A stretch of 64,000 bases of DNA, from NCBI GenBank assembly GCA_964535385.1, contig CAZHSY010000001.1:29007-93006 (forward strand), read 5' to 3'. The position numbers were made by a program, and so were the translations under genes. Numbering within the stretch: position 1 is the first letter of the stretch; the number at the start of each line of letters is the position of its first letter. Positions 51,843 to 60,119 of this stretch are shown piece by piece. The DNA is from an uncultured Candidatus Saccharibacteria bacterium (GTDB taxonomy: Bacteria > Patescibacteriota > Saccharimonadia > CAILAD01 > GCA-016700035). Under the pieces are notes generated by a model. It was not told the origin of the DNA and searched no databases. It saw only the letters and a program-made list of their open reading frames with translations.

Positions 51843-52133
51843 ATGAACAAACAATCGTTTCCCACCGGTACCCCGTTCCAGCAAAAAGTCTGGTCGGAGA
51901 TTGCCAAGATTCCTAGAGGCACTACTATTACATATACCGAATTAGCTATTAGGGTAGGGAAGCCAAGAGCCGTCCGAGCTGTGGCGTCGGCTTGTGGCAA
52001 AAATCCATTTATAGGTGAGATTCCCTGTCATCGCGTCATCGCCTCCGATGGCTCTCTCGGCGGCTACAGCGGGGAAGGGGGAGTGGCTCGCAAACGCCAG
52101 CTCCTCGTCGAAGAAGGCGCCATCTCGGCTTAG
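51843..52133 (+). CDS. methylated-DNA--protein-cysteine methyltransferase (Ogt/MGMT DNA-binding catalytic domain)
   Basis: 96 aa. Active site PCHRVI. An upstream promoter TTGCAC-16-TACAAT and an AGGAGGAG ribosome-binding site. Confidence 0.7.
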   Translation: MNKQSFPTGTPFQQKVWSEIAKIPRGTTITYTELAIRVGKPRAVRAVASACGKNPFIGEIPCHRVIASDGSLGGYSGEGGVARKRQLLVEEGAISA

Positions 52134-52194
52134 CCTCTCGAAAAATGCCTCGAAACCAGATATAATCAGCTGCGTTACTATCTCAATCAGACCT

Positions 52195-52287
<93 letters not shown>

Positions 52288-52393
52288 GAGAAGGCCCTGA
52301 TTTTATCAGGGTTTTGTCATCTGGCTAAGTTGTGAATTGAACCCATGGGGTTCGATAATCTCTTTACGATTATTTTGCTATCATAAAAACACC

Positions 52394-54349
52394 ATGCATC
52401 TCCCCCTCCAACCATATGGCTGGTTCGTAGCAGCACTCATGAGTACCGGTTTCATGGGCCTCTATACACTCGTTGTTTGGGCGGGTCTGAAGCACCTTAA
52501 AGTCGGCCTAAACCGAGGTGAAAACCTGGCTTTAAGCTTAGTAATTGGGATTTTAGCCTCTAGCTGGATTACCTTTGGTACCTGGTATGTTGCTGGCCAA
52601 GCTTGGGGGACAATGATCAGTTGGCTCATACCGCTCTGGATCATAGTCTGGCAGCGTGCCGCCATACTGAGGCTCACGGTCGACGCCTGGAAGGCGCTTA
52701 AACGCGTTTTGCGACACCCTCAACGCCTATGGTTATTGCGAGCTGGCTTTTGGGCTATCTTAACGCTTATAGCCGCCTGGATGTGCTACACGCACTTCTT
52801 ACAACCCTCCCCAGATGGCTGGCGCTCGGCTGGCAATACCTGGGCAGATCTAGCGCTTCATATGTCACTAGCCAGTCACTTTGTCGTTCAGGGCGTGCAC
52901 AACTTGATGCTTCCTGTCTTCCCGGCTGCAAAACTAACTTACCCCTTCCTGGTCGACCTTCAAGCGGCCCAGCTATACCAGACCGGCCATAGTTGGCAGG
53001 TTGCCTTTGGCTACACCTCTTGGCTACTGATCATGAGCAGCTGCTACCTCTTATACCGTATCGCCACCCGCATCACCGGCCGTAAGCTGGCCGGTATCAT
53101 TTGGGTTGTCCTAATCCTCTTGGCCGGTACAGCCGCTGGCGTAATACCGCTCTGGCGTGATCTTTTGAGTGGTAGCCTAGAAGCGACTAAAGATTACTCG
53201 CACCTAAGCGTTGGGGCAGCCGCCAGTCAAGAGCACTTTGCTAATCTCGTCACTTCGCATCTACTACCACAGCGCAGCTACCTGATGGGCTTGGCTGTTG
53301 CAAGTAGTTGTGTACTCCTCCTGCAAAGCTTTTTTGAGATCTTAAAGAATACAAAACTCCAACACTGGCTGGTGCTCGGTATCATTATCGGACTCCTCCC
53401 ACTGGCTCATGTCCATTCAGCTTTTGTCGCGGCCGGCCTGCTCGGTGGCGCCGCGATCTGGCTCAGTATTAAAAAACAGCCCCAAGCCCGCCTAGCATGG
53501 CTTGGGGTACTTATCGCTGGTGTAATTGCACTACCGCAGCTTATATGGCAGTTTGGTGGCAGTTTTCACGGCGGCTTCTCATATTGGCACCTTGGCTGGA
53601 TGACACCCGAGGGGGGGAGTACCTTGGTCTTCTGGTGGATTAATTGGGGACTCCTGCTTGTGTTTATTCCATTAGCCATCTGGCGGGCCAGTCGTCGGCA
53701 GTGGTCGCCTATTCTATGGTTACTCATTCTCGAAGCCGTCCTGATAATGATCGCCTGCAATCTCTACATCTTCCAGCCTAACCCCTGGGACAATATGAAG
53801 TTCATTACTTATGGCTATATTTGGTTGACGCTTCCAGTAGCTTGGCTCTTGGCAGACTTCACTCGACACGGATGGCCAGAGAAGATCCTCGTAGGAGTCA
53901 CCTTGCTCATCATCACAACGCCCGGCATGCAGTCCGTCTGGCTAGAGGGGACGCAAAACTACGTTTTTCTCAGTAATGGCGATCTGAAACTAGCTGACTA
54001 CGTGAGTCAAAACACCGCTCCGATCACCACGATACTGACCTCCGATCGACACAATCATCCAGTATCCACCCTGACTGGGCGGACGATTATTATGGGCTAC
54101 CGAGGCTGGCTGAGTAGTTATGGCATCAATTACGCATCAACCGAAAACGACTTAGATGCGATCTGGCTACAGGAAGAAACAACTGCTAATTTGATTAAAA
54201 AATACCAAGTTCAATACATCGTGCTCGACGACACCGAAGCCACCGAGAAGGGTGTCGATATTGAGAGACTCAACCAAACCTACTCTGAAATTTATTATCA
54301 AGACGGCTGGCATATCTGGGCGGTTGACCAAGTGGTCGGACAACGATAG
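52394..54349 (+). CDS. large polytopic membrane protein (possible GT-C-type glycosyltransferase)
   Basis: More than 12 hydrophobic helices. Likely start MHLPLQPYGW; the track start at 52337 lies inside a conserved intergenic palindrome. Confidence 0.45.
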   Translation: MHLPLQPYGWFVAALMSTGFMGLYTLVVWAGLKHLKVGLNRGENLALSLVIGILASSWITFGTWYVAGQAWGTMISWLIPLWIIVWQRAAILRLTVDAWKALKRVLRHPQRLWLLRAGFWAILTLIAAWMCYTHFLQPSPDGWRSAGNTWADLALHMSLASHFVVQGVHNLMLPVFPAAKLTYPFLVDLQAAQLYQTGHSWQVAFGYTSWLLIMSSCYLLYRIATRITGRKLAGIIWVVLILLAGTAAGVIPLWRDLLSGSLEATKDYSHLSVGAAASQEHFANLVTSHLLPQRSYLMGLAVASSCVLLLQSFFEILKNTKLQHWLVLGIIIGLLPLAHVHSAFVAAGLLGGAAIWLSIKKQPQARLAWLGVLIAGVIALPQLIWQFGGSFHGGFSYWHLGWMTPEGGSTLVFWWINWGLLLVFIPLAIWRASRRQWSPILWLLILEAVLIMIACNLYIFQPNPWDNMKFITYGYIWLTLPVAWLLADFTRHGWPEKILVGVTLLIITTPGMQSVWLEGTQNYVFLSNGDLKLADYVSQNTAPITTILTSDRHNHPVSTLTGRTIIMGYRGWLSSYGINYASTENDLDAIWLQEETTANLIKKYQVQYIVLDDTEATEKGVDIERLNQTYSEIYYQDGWHIWAVDQVVGQR

Positions 54350-54372
54350 CCTAAGATAAAGAGGGAGAAGAT

Positions 54373-54696
54373 ATGCGCAAACACGTTAATGGCTTTATAG
54401 AATTCATCCGCGAACAGGGCGTGGTTGGCTTGGCAATTGGTTTTATCCTTGGAGCAGCAGTAGCAAAGGTTGTCTCGTCTTTGGTCTCGGATATTATTAA
54501 TCCACTGATTGGACTCTTGCTTGGCAGTACTTCTGGCCTGAAAGAAGTCAGTGTGGCTGTGGGTGGAGCCAAACTAATGGTGGGTAATTTTCTAAGTGTC
54601 TTGCTTGATTTTGCCATTGTAGCTGGCGTCATCTATCTGATCGTTAAGGTCTTGCGGCTCGACCGTCTCGACCGGAAGAAAGATGACAAAAAATAA
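54373..54696 (+). CDS. mscL: large-conductance mechanosensitive channel
   Basis: 107 aa (MRKHVNGFIEFIREQGVVGLAIGFILGAA...), two TM helices, and a charged C-terminus. Confidence 0.85.
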   Translation: MRKHVNGFIEFIREQGVVGLAIGFILGAAVAKVVSSLVSDIINPLIGLLLGSTSGLKEVSVAVGGAKLMVGNFLSVLLDFAIVAGVIYLIVKVLRLDRLDRKKDDKK

Positions 54697-54758
54697 TCAC
54701 CAGATAAGAACGCGGGCGTAGATTTTTTCCGTAAGCTGAAGCATAATAGTGCTAGATT

Positions 54759-55490
54759 ATGCCTCCAGCCACACCCCAGCCAAATAGCGTGATGCCACCG
54801 ACACCGGAGGTGCCGGCTGGTGGAGTAGTTCAGCCGGATCTCGGTCAACCACCTGTAATTAATCCCGCACCAGCACCGGTTTTTGGAACCCCACTCGAGC
54901 AAATACCAATTACAAGTCCTAGTACTCCACCAACCTTTGGTGCTCAATCCAATGACCCAACGCTAGTCTCAGAAAACTCAGAACAGAGTGGTGAACCCGA
55001 ACAAACGGAAGCGGCACCCGATGATAGTACCGCACCACTCTTAGCTTGGGAAAATCAGCCAGCCAGCCAAGGCGCTCATCGGCCAACTATCTGGTACGTG
55101 ATTCTGGGGATTATTTTTGCCGGCAGTATTATCGCCGCCATTCTGACTCGCGCTTGGCTATTTATTCCTCTGGGGATACTCGTACCCTGGGCCTTAGCTA
55201 TGTATGCTGGGCGAGGCGAGGCCAGTCATCGTTATGCCCTGTATCCAGGCGGTATCGAGATCGATGACAAATTTACACCCTACGATACCTATAAAGCCTA
55301 TTTTTATGTACACGAAGATGGGCGATCGGTCTTCGAGCTCATTCCTACCCAGCGTCTGGGAGCTCTCGTAACCCTGCTGGCATCGCCGAACAATGTCGAT
55401 GATATCGATGATATCCTCAGTAGTGTTTTGCCAGAGACTGAACCACAGGGCAATGTTGGCGAATCAGTTTTCAAACGCTTGAAGTTCTAA
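54759..55490 (+). CDS. proline-rich membrane protein, hypothetical
   Basis: 243 aa. Pro-rich N-terminus followed by two TM helices. Confidence 0.45.
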   Translation: MPPATPQPNSVMPPTPEVPAGGVVQPDLGQPPVINPAPAPVFGTPLEQIPITSPSTPPTFGAQSNDPTLVSENSEQSGEPEQTEAAPDDSTAPLLAWENQPASQGAHRPTIWYVILGIIFAGSIIAAILTRAWLFIPLGILVPWALAMYAGRGEASHRYALYPGGIEIDDKFTPYDTYKAYFYVHEDGRSVFELIPTQRLGALVTLLASPNNVDDIDDILSSVLPETEPQGNVGESVFKRLKF

Positions 55491-55647
55491 CCTTTACGAC
55501 TCCACTGAAATACTGTAGAATAACCTCTGCTTTTGCACCTTCGATTCCAAAACAACCAATGGAGCGCTTGATTACTCAAACCATCTGTTTTTTTCAAAAT
55601 GGAGTAATGCAAAATGATTGGTTGTTTTGAAATTAAAAACTAGATGT

Positions 55648-55690
55648 GGGCTCGTAGCTCAGCTGGATGTTTCGCTTTAGCGAATTACAG
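55648..55690 (+). pseudogene. truncated tRNA 5' fragment (tandem partial duplicate of downstream tRNA-Arg with its upstream spacer)
   Basis: aaattaaaaactagatgtg-GGCTCGTAGCTCAGCTGGAT then diverges. The same leader plus 5' half recurs at 55747-55786 before the intact tRNA. Confidence 0.4.
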
Positions 55691-55765
55691 AAGGCAACGC
55701 ACTATCCTTACCGCGAGGAAGAGAAGAACTACGAAAGATGCCACAAAAATTAAAAAACTAGATGT

Positions 55766-55842
55766 GCGCTCGTAGCTCAGCTGGATAGAGCGCCAGTTTG
55801 CGGTACTGGAGGTCGCAGGTTCAAATCCTGCCGAGCGCACCA
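55766..55842 (+). tRNA. tRNA-Arg (anticodon read as GCG)
   Basis: GCGCTCG-TA-GCTCAGCTGGATAGAGC-G-CCAGT-TTGCGGT-ACTGG-AGGTC-GCAGGTTCAAATCCTGC-CGAGCGC-ACCA. Confidence 0.75.
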
Positions 55843-56370
55843 TTGACTAGAAGCTAGGGTTTAGAATTTAGGAGTTAGAAAATAGTTCTGATTTTGTCGT
55901 CACACTGGTTTCCAAGCCCTAGCCTCTAACTCAATTTGTCTTGTGTATTCGAGGAGAGGTACTGTCCTCGCTCGATCGCACCAGAGAAATCTGGTATAGT
56001 CAGGCAAGCATGCGTGTACCACCAGGGAAGTGGCCTCACAACCCACGAAAGTGTAAGCAGACAATAAAGATCGGTTACCGCCTTTATTGTCAGGTAGAGA
56101 AGCTTCACTGCACGCGTACTTCGTCGCTGCCACGTCCACCATACCTGCCGGGCTACAGACCCACGCGGACAGACGTGGCTAGTTCGCACCTTTAAAAGAT
56201 CTGGGTAACCAGATGTATGCTTGAGATACATATCCACTCTGCGGAGTAGTTGCCCGCCAGCAGTGGAGAGAGGCTTAAGTCTACCTTGATCAATCTCGCC
56301 CAAGGGTACAAGAGGTTGGTTAAAATGACTAGGGATAGGTGGCACTCAAGAACCATTTATCCTGTCCACG

Positions 56371-56428
56371 GACTGTAGCTTAAGGCAAAACGCCTACGGA
56401 GATAAAGGTTCGATTCCTTTCAGTCCGA
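56371..56428 (+). other. tRNA-like minihelix (acceptor stem plus T-arm, no anticodon/D arms)
   Basis: GGACTGT...AAAGG-TTCGATT-CCTTT-CAGTCC. A canonical T-loop with a 6-7 bp acceptor pairing and only a short internal hairpin (AGGC-aaaac-GCCT). Confidence 0.3.
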
Positions 56429-56482
56429 CGATCACGAGAGAGCTCGGTGTCGCCAACGCCACGTTAAGAGTAATCACGTGAC

Positions 56483-56557
56483 GAGGGGGTAAGCTCAAGT
56501 TGGTAGAGCACCCCGCCACGGCGGGGAGGTATGCTGGTTCGAATCCAGCCCCCTTCA
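56483..56557 (+). tRNA. tRNA-like gene with atypical 6-nt anticodon loop (possibly Arg-ACG)
   Basis: GAGGGGG-TA-AGCTCAAGTTGGTAGAGC-A-CCCCG-CCACGG-CGGGG-AGGTAT-GCTGGTTCGAATCCAGC-CCCCTTC-A. The D and T arms are good. The anticodon arm is 1 nt short, and no CCA is encoded. Confidence 0.4.
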
Positions 56558-56744
56558 CGATCGTTCCTTCTTCTGGTGAGCGCCAGAAGAGCTTTGTCGA
56601 CAAGACAAAAACCGGCCTGAGAGAGTACTCTCTCAGGCCGGTACTTCTTTCTTATTTAGAAAATCAGTTTTTATCATTGCGAAAAAAATATCGCTTGCGC
56701 TATAGTAGATTCAATACTTAGGATAATTAAAGGAAATTTTCAGC

Positions 56745-57491
56745 ATGCCGCCCAAGAAAGCACCGACAGAATCAGTAAAGGCTCAAGCAGCCAGTCCTGC
56801 AGGTGCGACTGCACTTATGCTTGACTACCCTGGAGCCTTTGGTCTATTCAAATCCAGTAAAGAAGCCATGGTACGCATTTTCGGTACCATAGTTTTGCTC
56901 TACCTCATCATACTAGCCATTGATATTGTCACCAGCATTATCACTGGTGTTATTGGGCTCGACAACTCAATACGCTCATTGATTTATAATATTATTAGCG
57001 GCGGCATTCAGATCGTTGCGATACCGATGTGGACCTACATTATGCTGCGCTCAGTCTACGGTTATAGGGAGACTGTTGGGACTGCCCTTGAGTATGCGAG
57101 GCCAAATATCCTTCGGTTCTTTCTAGCTAGTCTACTAGCGGGCCTAGCTATGGTTGGTGGGCTACTTCTCTTCATTATCCCGGGCATTATCTTCGCGATG
57201 CGCTTCTCAATGACTAATTATATTCTGGTTGATAACCCAGAGCTGGACGCCGTAGAAGCCATGCGCCGAAGCTGGCGCATGACCAAGGGTAATCTTAGTA
57301 AAATCTGGGGGATCGTCGGTGTAACTGTTCTCATGTTCATTCCTGTCATTACAATCATTGGGATTATCCCAGCTATCATTCTGCTCTACTTCTACGCCGC
57401 CGCCGGTACTATTCTCTACACCTATCTCAAGCAGCAGCCTGTCGAGCCTATAGCAGCCCCAACTCCTCAACCAGCCGTAGCCGCGAAATAG
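56745..57491 (+). CDS. polytopic membrane protein, hypothetical
   Basis: 248 aa with about six TM helices and a short Pro/Ala C-terminal tail. Confidence 0.5.
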   Translation: MPPKKAPTESVKAQAASPAGATALMLDYPGAFGLFKSSKEAMVRIFGTIVLLYLIILAIDIVTSIITGVIGLDNSIRSLIYNIISGGIQIVAIPMWTYIMLRSVYGYRETVGTALEYARPNILRFFLASLLAGLAMVGGLLLFIIPGIIFAMRFSMTNYILVDNPELDAVEAMRRSWRMTKGNLSKIWGIVGVTVLMFIPVITIIGIIPAIILLYFYAAAGTILYTYLKQQPVEPIAAPTPQPAVAAK

Positions 57492-57583
57492 CGACTAGTA
57501 ATTAGGGGCTAGAAGTTAGAAATTAGTAACTTTATCAGATATACTATCTCCTATCGTCTAGTTTCTAACTTCTAAGTTATTGC

Positions 57584-57660
57584 GCGCCCGTAGCTCAGCT
57601 GGATAGAGCGTTGGTTTCCGGTACCAAAGGTCGGGAGTTCGAATCTCTTCGGGCGCACCA
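57584..57660 (+). tRNA. tRNA-Arg (anticodon CCG)
   Basis: GCGCCCG-TA-GCTCAGCTGGATAGAGC-G-TTGGT-TTCCGGT-ACCAA-AGGTC-GGGAGTTCGAATCTCTT-CGGGCGC-ACCA. Confidence 0.85.
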
Positions 57661-57661
57661 C

Positions 57662-57753
<92 letters not shown>

Positions 57754-58064
57754 GAAAAGAGATTAGACTTTTAGGTCTGGTCTCTTTTCTTTTGTGAACG
57801 AAGGATTCGAGCTCGTCGTCCGAAGGACGGGGTTCGGTGGAGCGAAACTCGCGCACAGGTCCGCCAGCCGGCAGATCGAGCACGAGTGAGCGGAGAAGGC
57901 GCTTGTGCCGCTATACCACCCTCTCGTGAGAGGGTCATAGCATAATGAGGTTCGGGCCGTGTACGACAACGATCTGTAGTGGTCTGCAGTACTAATTACC
58001 GCCTAAACCCCTCTGTTTTACACGCACCCTCTGTCTACACTAGGATATGAGCTGGTTAATCCAT

Positions 58065-58724
58065 TTATTTCTTAGCCAGTGCGGCCGCATAGAGCGCGCC
58101 ACTACCGGCTGCCTTCAGAACCCTTGCGCACTCTGTGAAAGTCGCACCAGTTGTCACGACATCGTCAATTAATAAGATCCGCTGACCCTGCAATAAAGCT
58201 TCATTTTTGACTTGAAAATTACCTTGGATTTGCTTCCAGCGCTGCGTCCGACCGGCCCCGACTTGCGGAGTGTGAATATCACGCACCAGTAGCTGATGGC
58301 AGGGAATGGATAATAATTGAGCCAACTCACGAGCGACGAGCTGTGGCGCCACATAGCCCCGCTCACGCCGTCTGGTGGGCGTATCAGGCACAAACGTAAT
58401 CATATCGACCTTCGGCAGCTCAGCTTGAGCCAACTCATAGGAGACTGCCTTGGTGATATCCTCACGACCACTATATTTCACGCCATACACAACCTCCTCG
58501 CTAAACTCATCTAGTCGCCAGTGTGTAATAACCCGCCGCAGGGGAGTGCGCCACTGGCAGCGTGTACAGACTTTATCCTGAAGCGTCCGAGCATTACAGA
58601 GATAACAGCTACTTGTGCGTACGTGTAAATGGTCGACGCGACAACGGCGACACAAACCTGAGCCCTCCATATCGCAAAGTACGCAGCGATCGGGAGCGAG
58701 TAATCGAGCCAGTAATCTGAGCAA
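58065..58724 (-). CDS. comFC: ComF-family phosphoribosyltransferase (competence protein ComFC-like)
   Basis: 219 aa. N-terminal double Cys ribbon (CVLCDMEGSGLCRRC). PRTase motif ILLIDDVVTTGATF. Confidence 0.75.
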   Translation of the reverse strand: MLRLLARLLAPDRCVLCDMEGSGLCRRCRVDHLHVRTSSCYLCNARTLQDKVCTRCQWRTPLRRVITHWRLDEFSEEVVYGVKYSGREDITKAVSYELAQAELPKVDMITFVPDTPTRRRERGYVAPQLVARELAQLLSIPCHQLLVRDIHTPQVGAGRTQRWKQIQGNFQVKNEALLQGQRILLIDDVVTTGATFTECARVLKAAGSGALYAAALAKK

Positions 58725-58801
58725 AACTTGCGTATCTCCTAAAAACCTGGCTATAATACGGGCAAGCGAAGGCTTGAGTAAAGGTTAAGGAGTTTTGTTT
58801 T

Positions 58802-59239
58802 ATGACTCGACGGAATAATCCCGAAGAAGAGATCCTGCAAGACGAATTTCTCGATGAAGCCGCCAACACGTCAGATGACTGGATGGGGGGAGAGGAGTTT
58901 GAAGGGCAGCTTGCAGTAGATGTTTACCAGACCAAAGATTCGGTCGTGGTAAAGGCCCCTATCGCTGGTGTATTACCAGAAGATATTGATATCGCAATCA
59001 GCGAAGATGTGATGACCATCCGTGGTGATCGCAAAGAAGAAGAAGTGATCGAGAAGGAGCACTACTACGTACAGGAATGTTTCTGGGGGAGCTTTAGTCG
59101 CTCGATCATCCTGCCAACCTCAACTATTGCTGAGAAGGCTCAGGCTACCCTAAAGCATGGTGTGCTCATTGTCCGTGTGCCAAAGGTTGTCCAAGAAGAC
59201 AGAATCAAAAAGATCAAGGTTAAGCCAATCGCAAGTTAG
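58802..59239 (+). CDS. Hsp20/alpha-crystallin small heat-shock protein
   Basis: 145 aa. Alpha-crystallin domain (AVDVYQTKDSVVVKAPIAGV...GVLIVRVPK). Confidence 0.85.
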   Translation: MTRRNNPEEEILQDEFLDEAANTSDDWMGGEEFEGQLAVDVYQTKDSVVVKAPIAGVLPEDIDIAISEDVMTIRGDRKEEEVIEKEHYYVQECFWGSFSRSIILPTSTIAEKAQATLKHGVLIVRVPKVVQEDRIKKIKVKPIAS

Positions 59240-59250
59240 AAATTAGTACA

Positions 59251-59281
59251 AAAAAACCACTAAATCGGTGGTTTTTTTTTG
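59251..59281 (+). terminator. rho-independent terminator
   Basis: AACCAC-taaatc-GGTGGTT followed by TTTTTTTTT. Confidence 0.7.
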
Positions 59282-59346
59282 CTGTTGTATTGTCCAGATC
59301 AGGTTACATCAACTCATTTTATACACCATTTGATTTAGCATGTATG

Positions 59347-59367
59347 CATGTATACAATGTATACATG
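59347..59367. promoter_or_regulatory. perfect palindromic operator overlapping antitoxin start
   Basis: CATGTATACA-a-TGTATACATG, 10-bp arms. The ATG of the antitoxin lies in the right arm. Confidence 0.5.
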
Positions 59368-59628
59368 CAGAAGATTCAATATACAATCCGTAATATTCCA
59401 CCGGCAGTTGATCAGATTATTCGCAAGCGCTCGCAGCAGAGCGGTGAGTCTTTTAATCAGACTGTGGTAGATCTACTCACATTGCAAACCATTGGTACGA
59501 CAAAGCCTGTCGCCCAGGAAGGTTTTGAGTGGTTATTTGGCGCCAATACCCTAGATGAATCATTTGATAGAGCGATTAAGGATATATCAAGAATCGATGA
59601 GAAAATGTGGCGCGAAATTCAACCATGA
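59365..59628 (+). CDS. putative antitoxin (VapB-like DNA-binding protein)
   Basis: About 87 aa from MQKIQYTIRNIPPAVDQIIRKRSQQSGESFNQTVVDLL. The stop overlaps the PIN gene start (ATGA). Confidence 0.5.
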   Translation: MQKIQYTIRNIPPAVDQIIRKRSQQSGESFNQTVVDLLTLQTIGTTKPVAQEGFEWLFGANTLDESFDRAIKDISRIDEKMWREIQP

Positions 59629-60026
59629 AAATTACTCTTGATACCAGCGCCTATTCGGGTTTCAATCGCGGAGACAAGCGCTTACAACGCTTCTTTACTA
59701 TCAAAAATCAAATCCTTATCCCTATTATTACTATTGCTGAGTTAAGAGCTGGCTTCGCGCTCGGTGCAAGGGCTTCAGAGAATGAAGCCTTATTACAAAG
59801 ACTTTTAGATGCTCCAAATGTTTCTGTTTTCACAATCACCGATCAGACTACTAGGCTATTTGCGACTATTTTTTCTCAACTCAAGCAAGCTGGTACGCCA
59901 ATTAATACGAATGATATCTGGATAGCCGCCCTAACAATTGAGCATCAGGCTACACTTGTGACACTTGATTCTGATTTTCAACGTGTGCCAGGTCTAAAGC
60001 TTGCAAAGCTTTCACAAGCTTACTGA
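59625..60026 (+). CDS. vapC: PIN-domain toxin (VapC-like)
   Basis: MKITLDTSAY...IWIAALTIEHQATLVTLDSDFQRV. Conserved acidic residues of the PIN fold are present. Confidence 0.65.
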   Translation: MKITLDTSAYSGFNRGDKRLQRFFTIKNQILIPIITIAELRAGFALGARASENEALLQRLLDAPNVSVFTITDQTTRLFATIFSQLKQAGTPINTNDIWIAALTIEHQATLVTLDSDFQRVPGLKLAKLSQAY

Positions 60027-60047
60027 CTTATTGATCGAAGGAACGCA

Positions 60048-60115
60048 CCCCCGGTAAAGGGGGTGCGTTCCCGCTTCCAAGGCCTGGCCTGCGCGCAGGC
60101 CAGGCCTTGGAAGAT
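60048..60115. terminator. two adjacent GC-rich hairpins (bidirectional terminator region)
   Basis: GAACGCACCCCC-ggtaaa-GGGGGTGCGTTC and CTTCCAAGGCCTGGCCTGCGC/GCGCAGGCCAGGCCTTGGAAG. Confidence 0.55.
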
Positions 60116-60119
60116 GTGG

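Noticed and set aside
52337-52393. ATG 52337 as the start of the large membrane protein
   Set aside because: The first 19 codons overlap the conserved GAACCC/GGGTTC intergenic palindrome. The hydrophobic N-terminus begins at MHLPL (52394).
55900-56345. minus-strand ORFs 55900..56142 and 55926..56345, plus-strand 55941..56195
   Set aside because: Mutually overlapping ORFs with Trp/Arg/Cys-rich, non-protein-like composition inside a stable-RNA cluster. More likely non-coding.
56371-56428. the minihelix as the 3' tRNA-like domain of tmRNA
   Set aside because: The complementary 5' acceptor strand (GGACTG) is only about 30 nt upstream, not several hundred. No tag-peptide reading frame ending in a typical ...AA stop, and no encoded CCA, was found in the preceding 500 nt.
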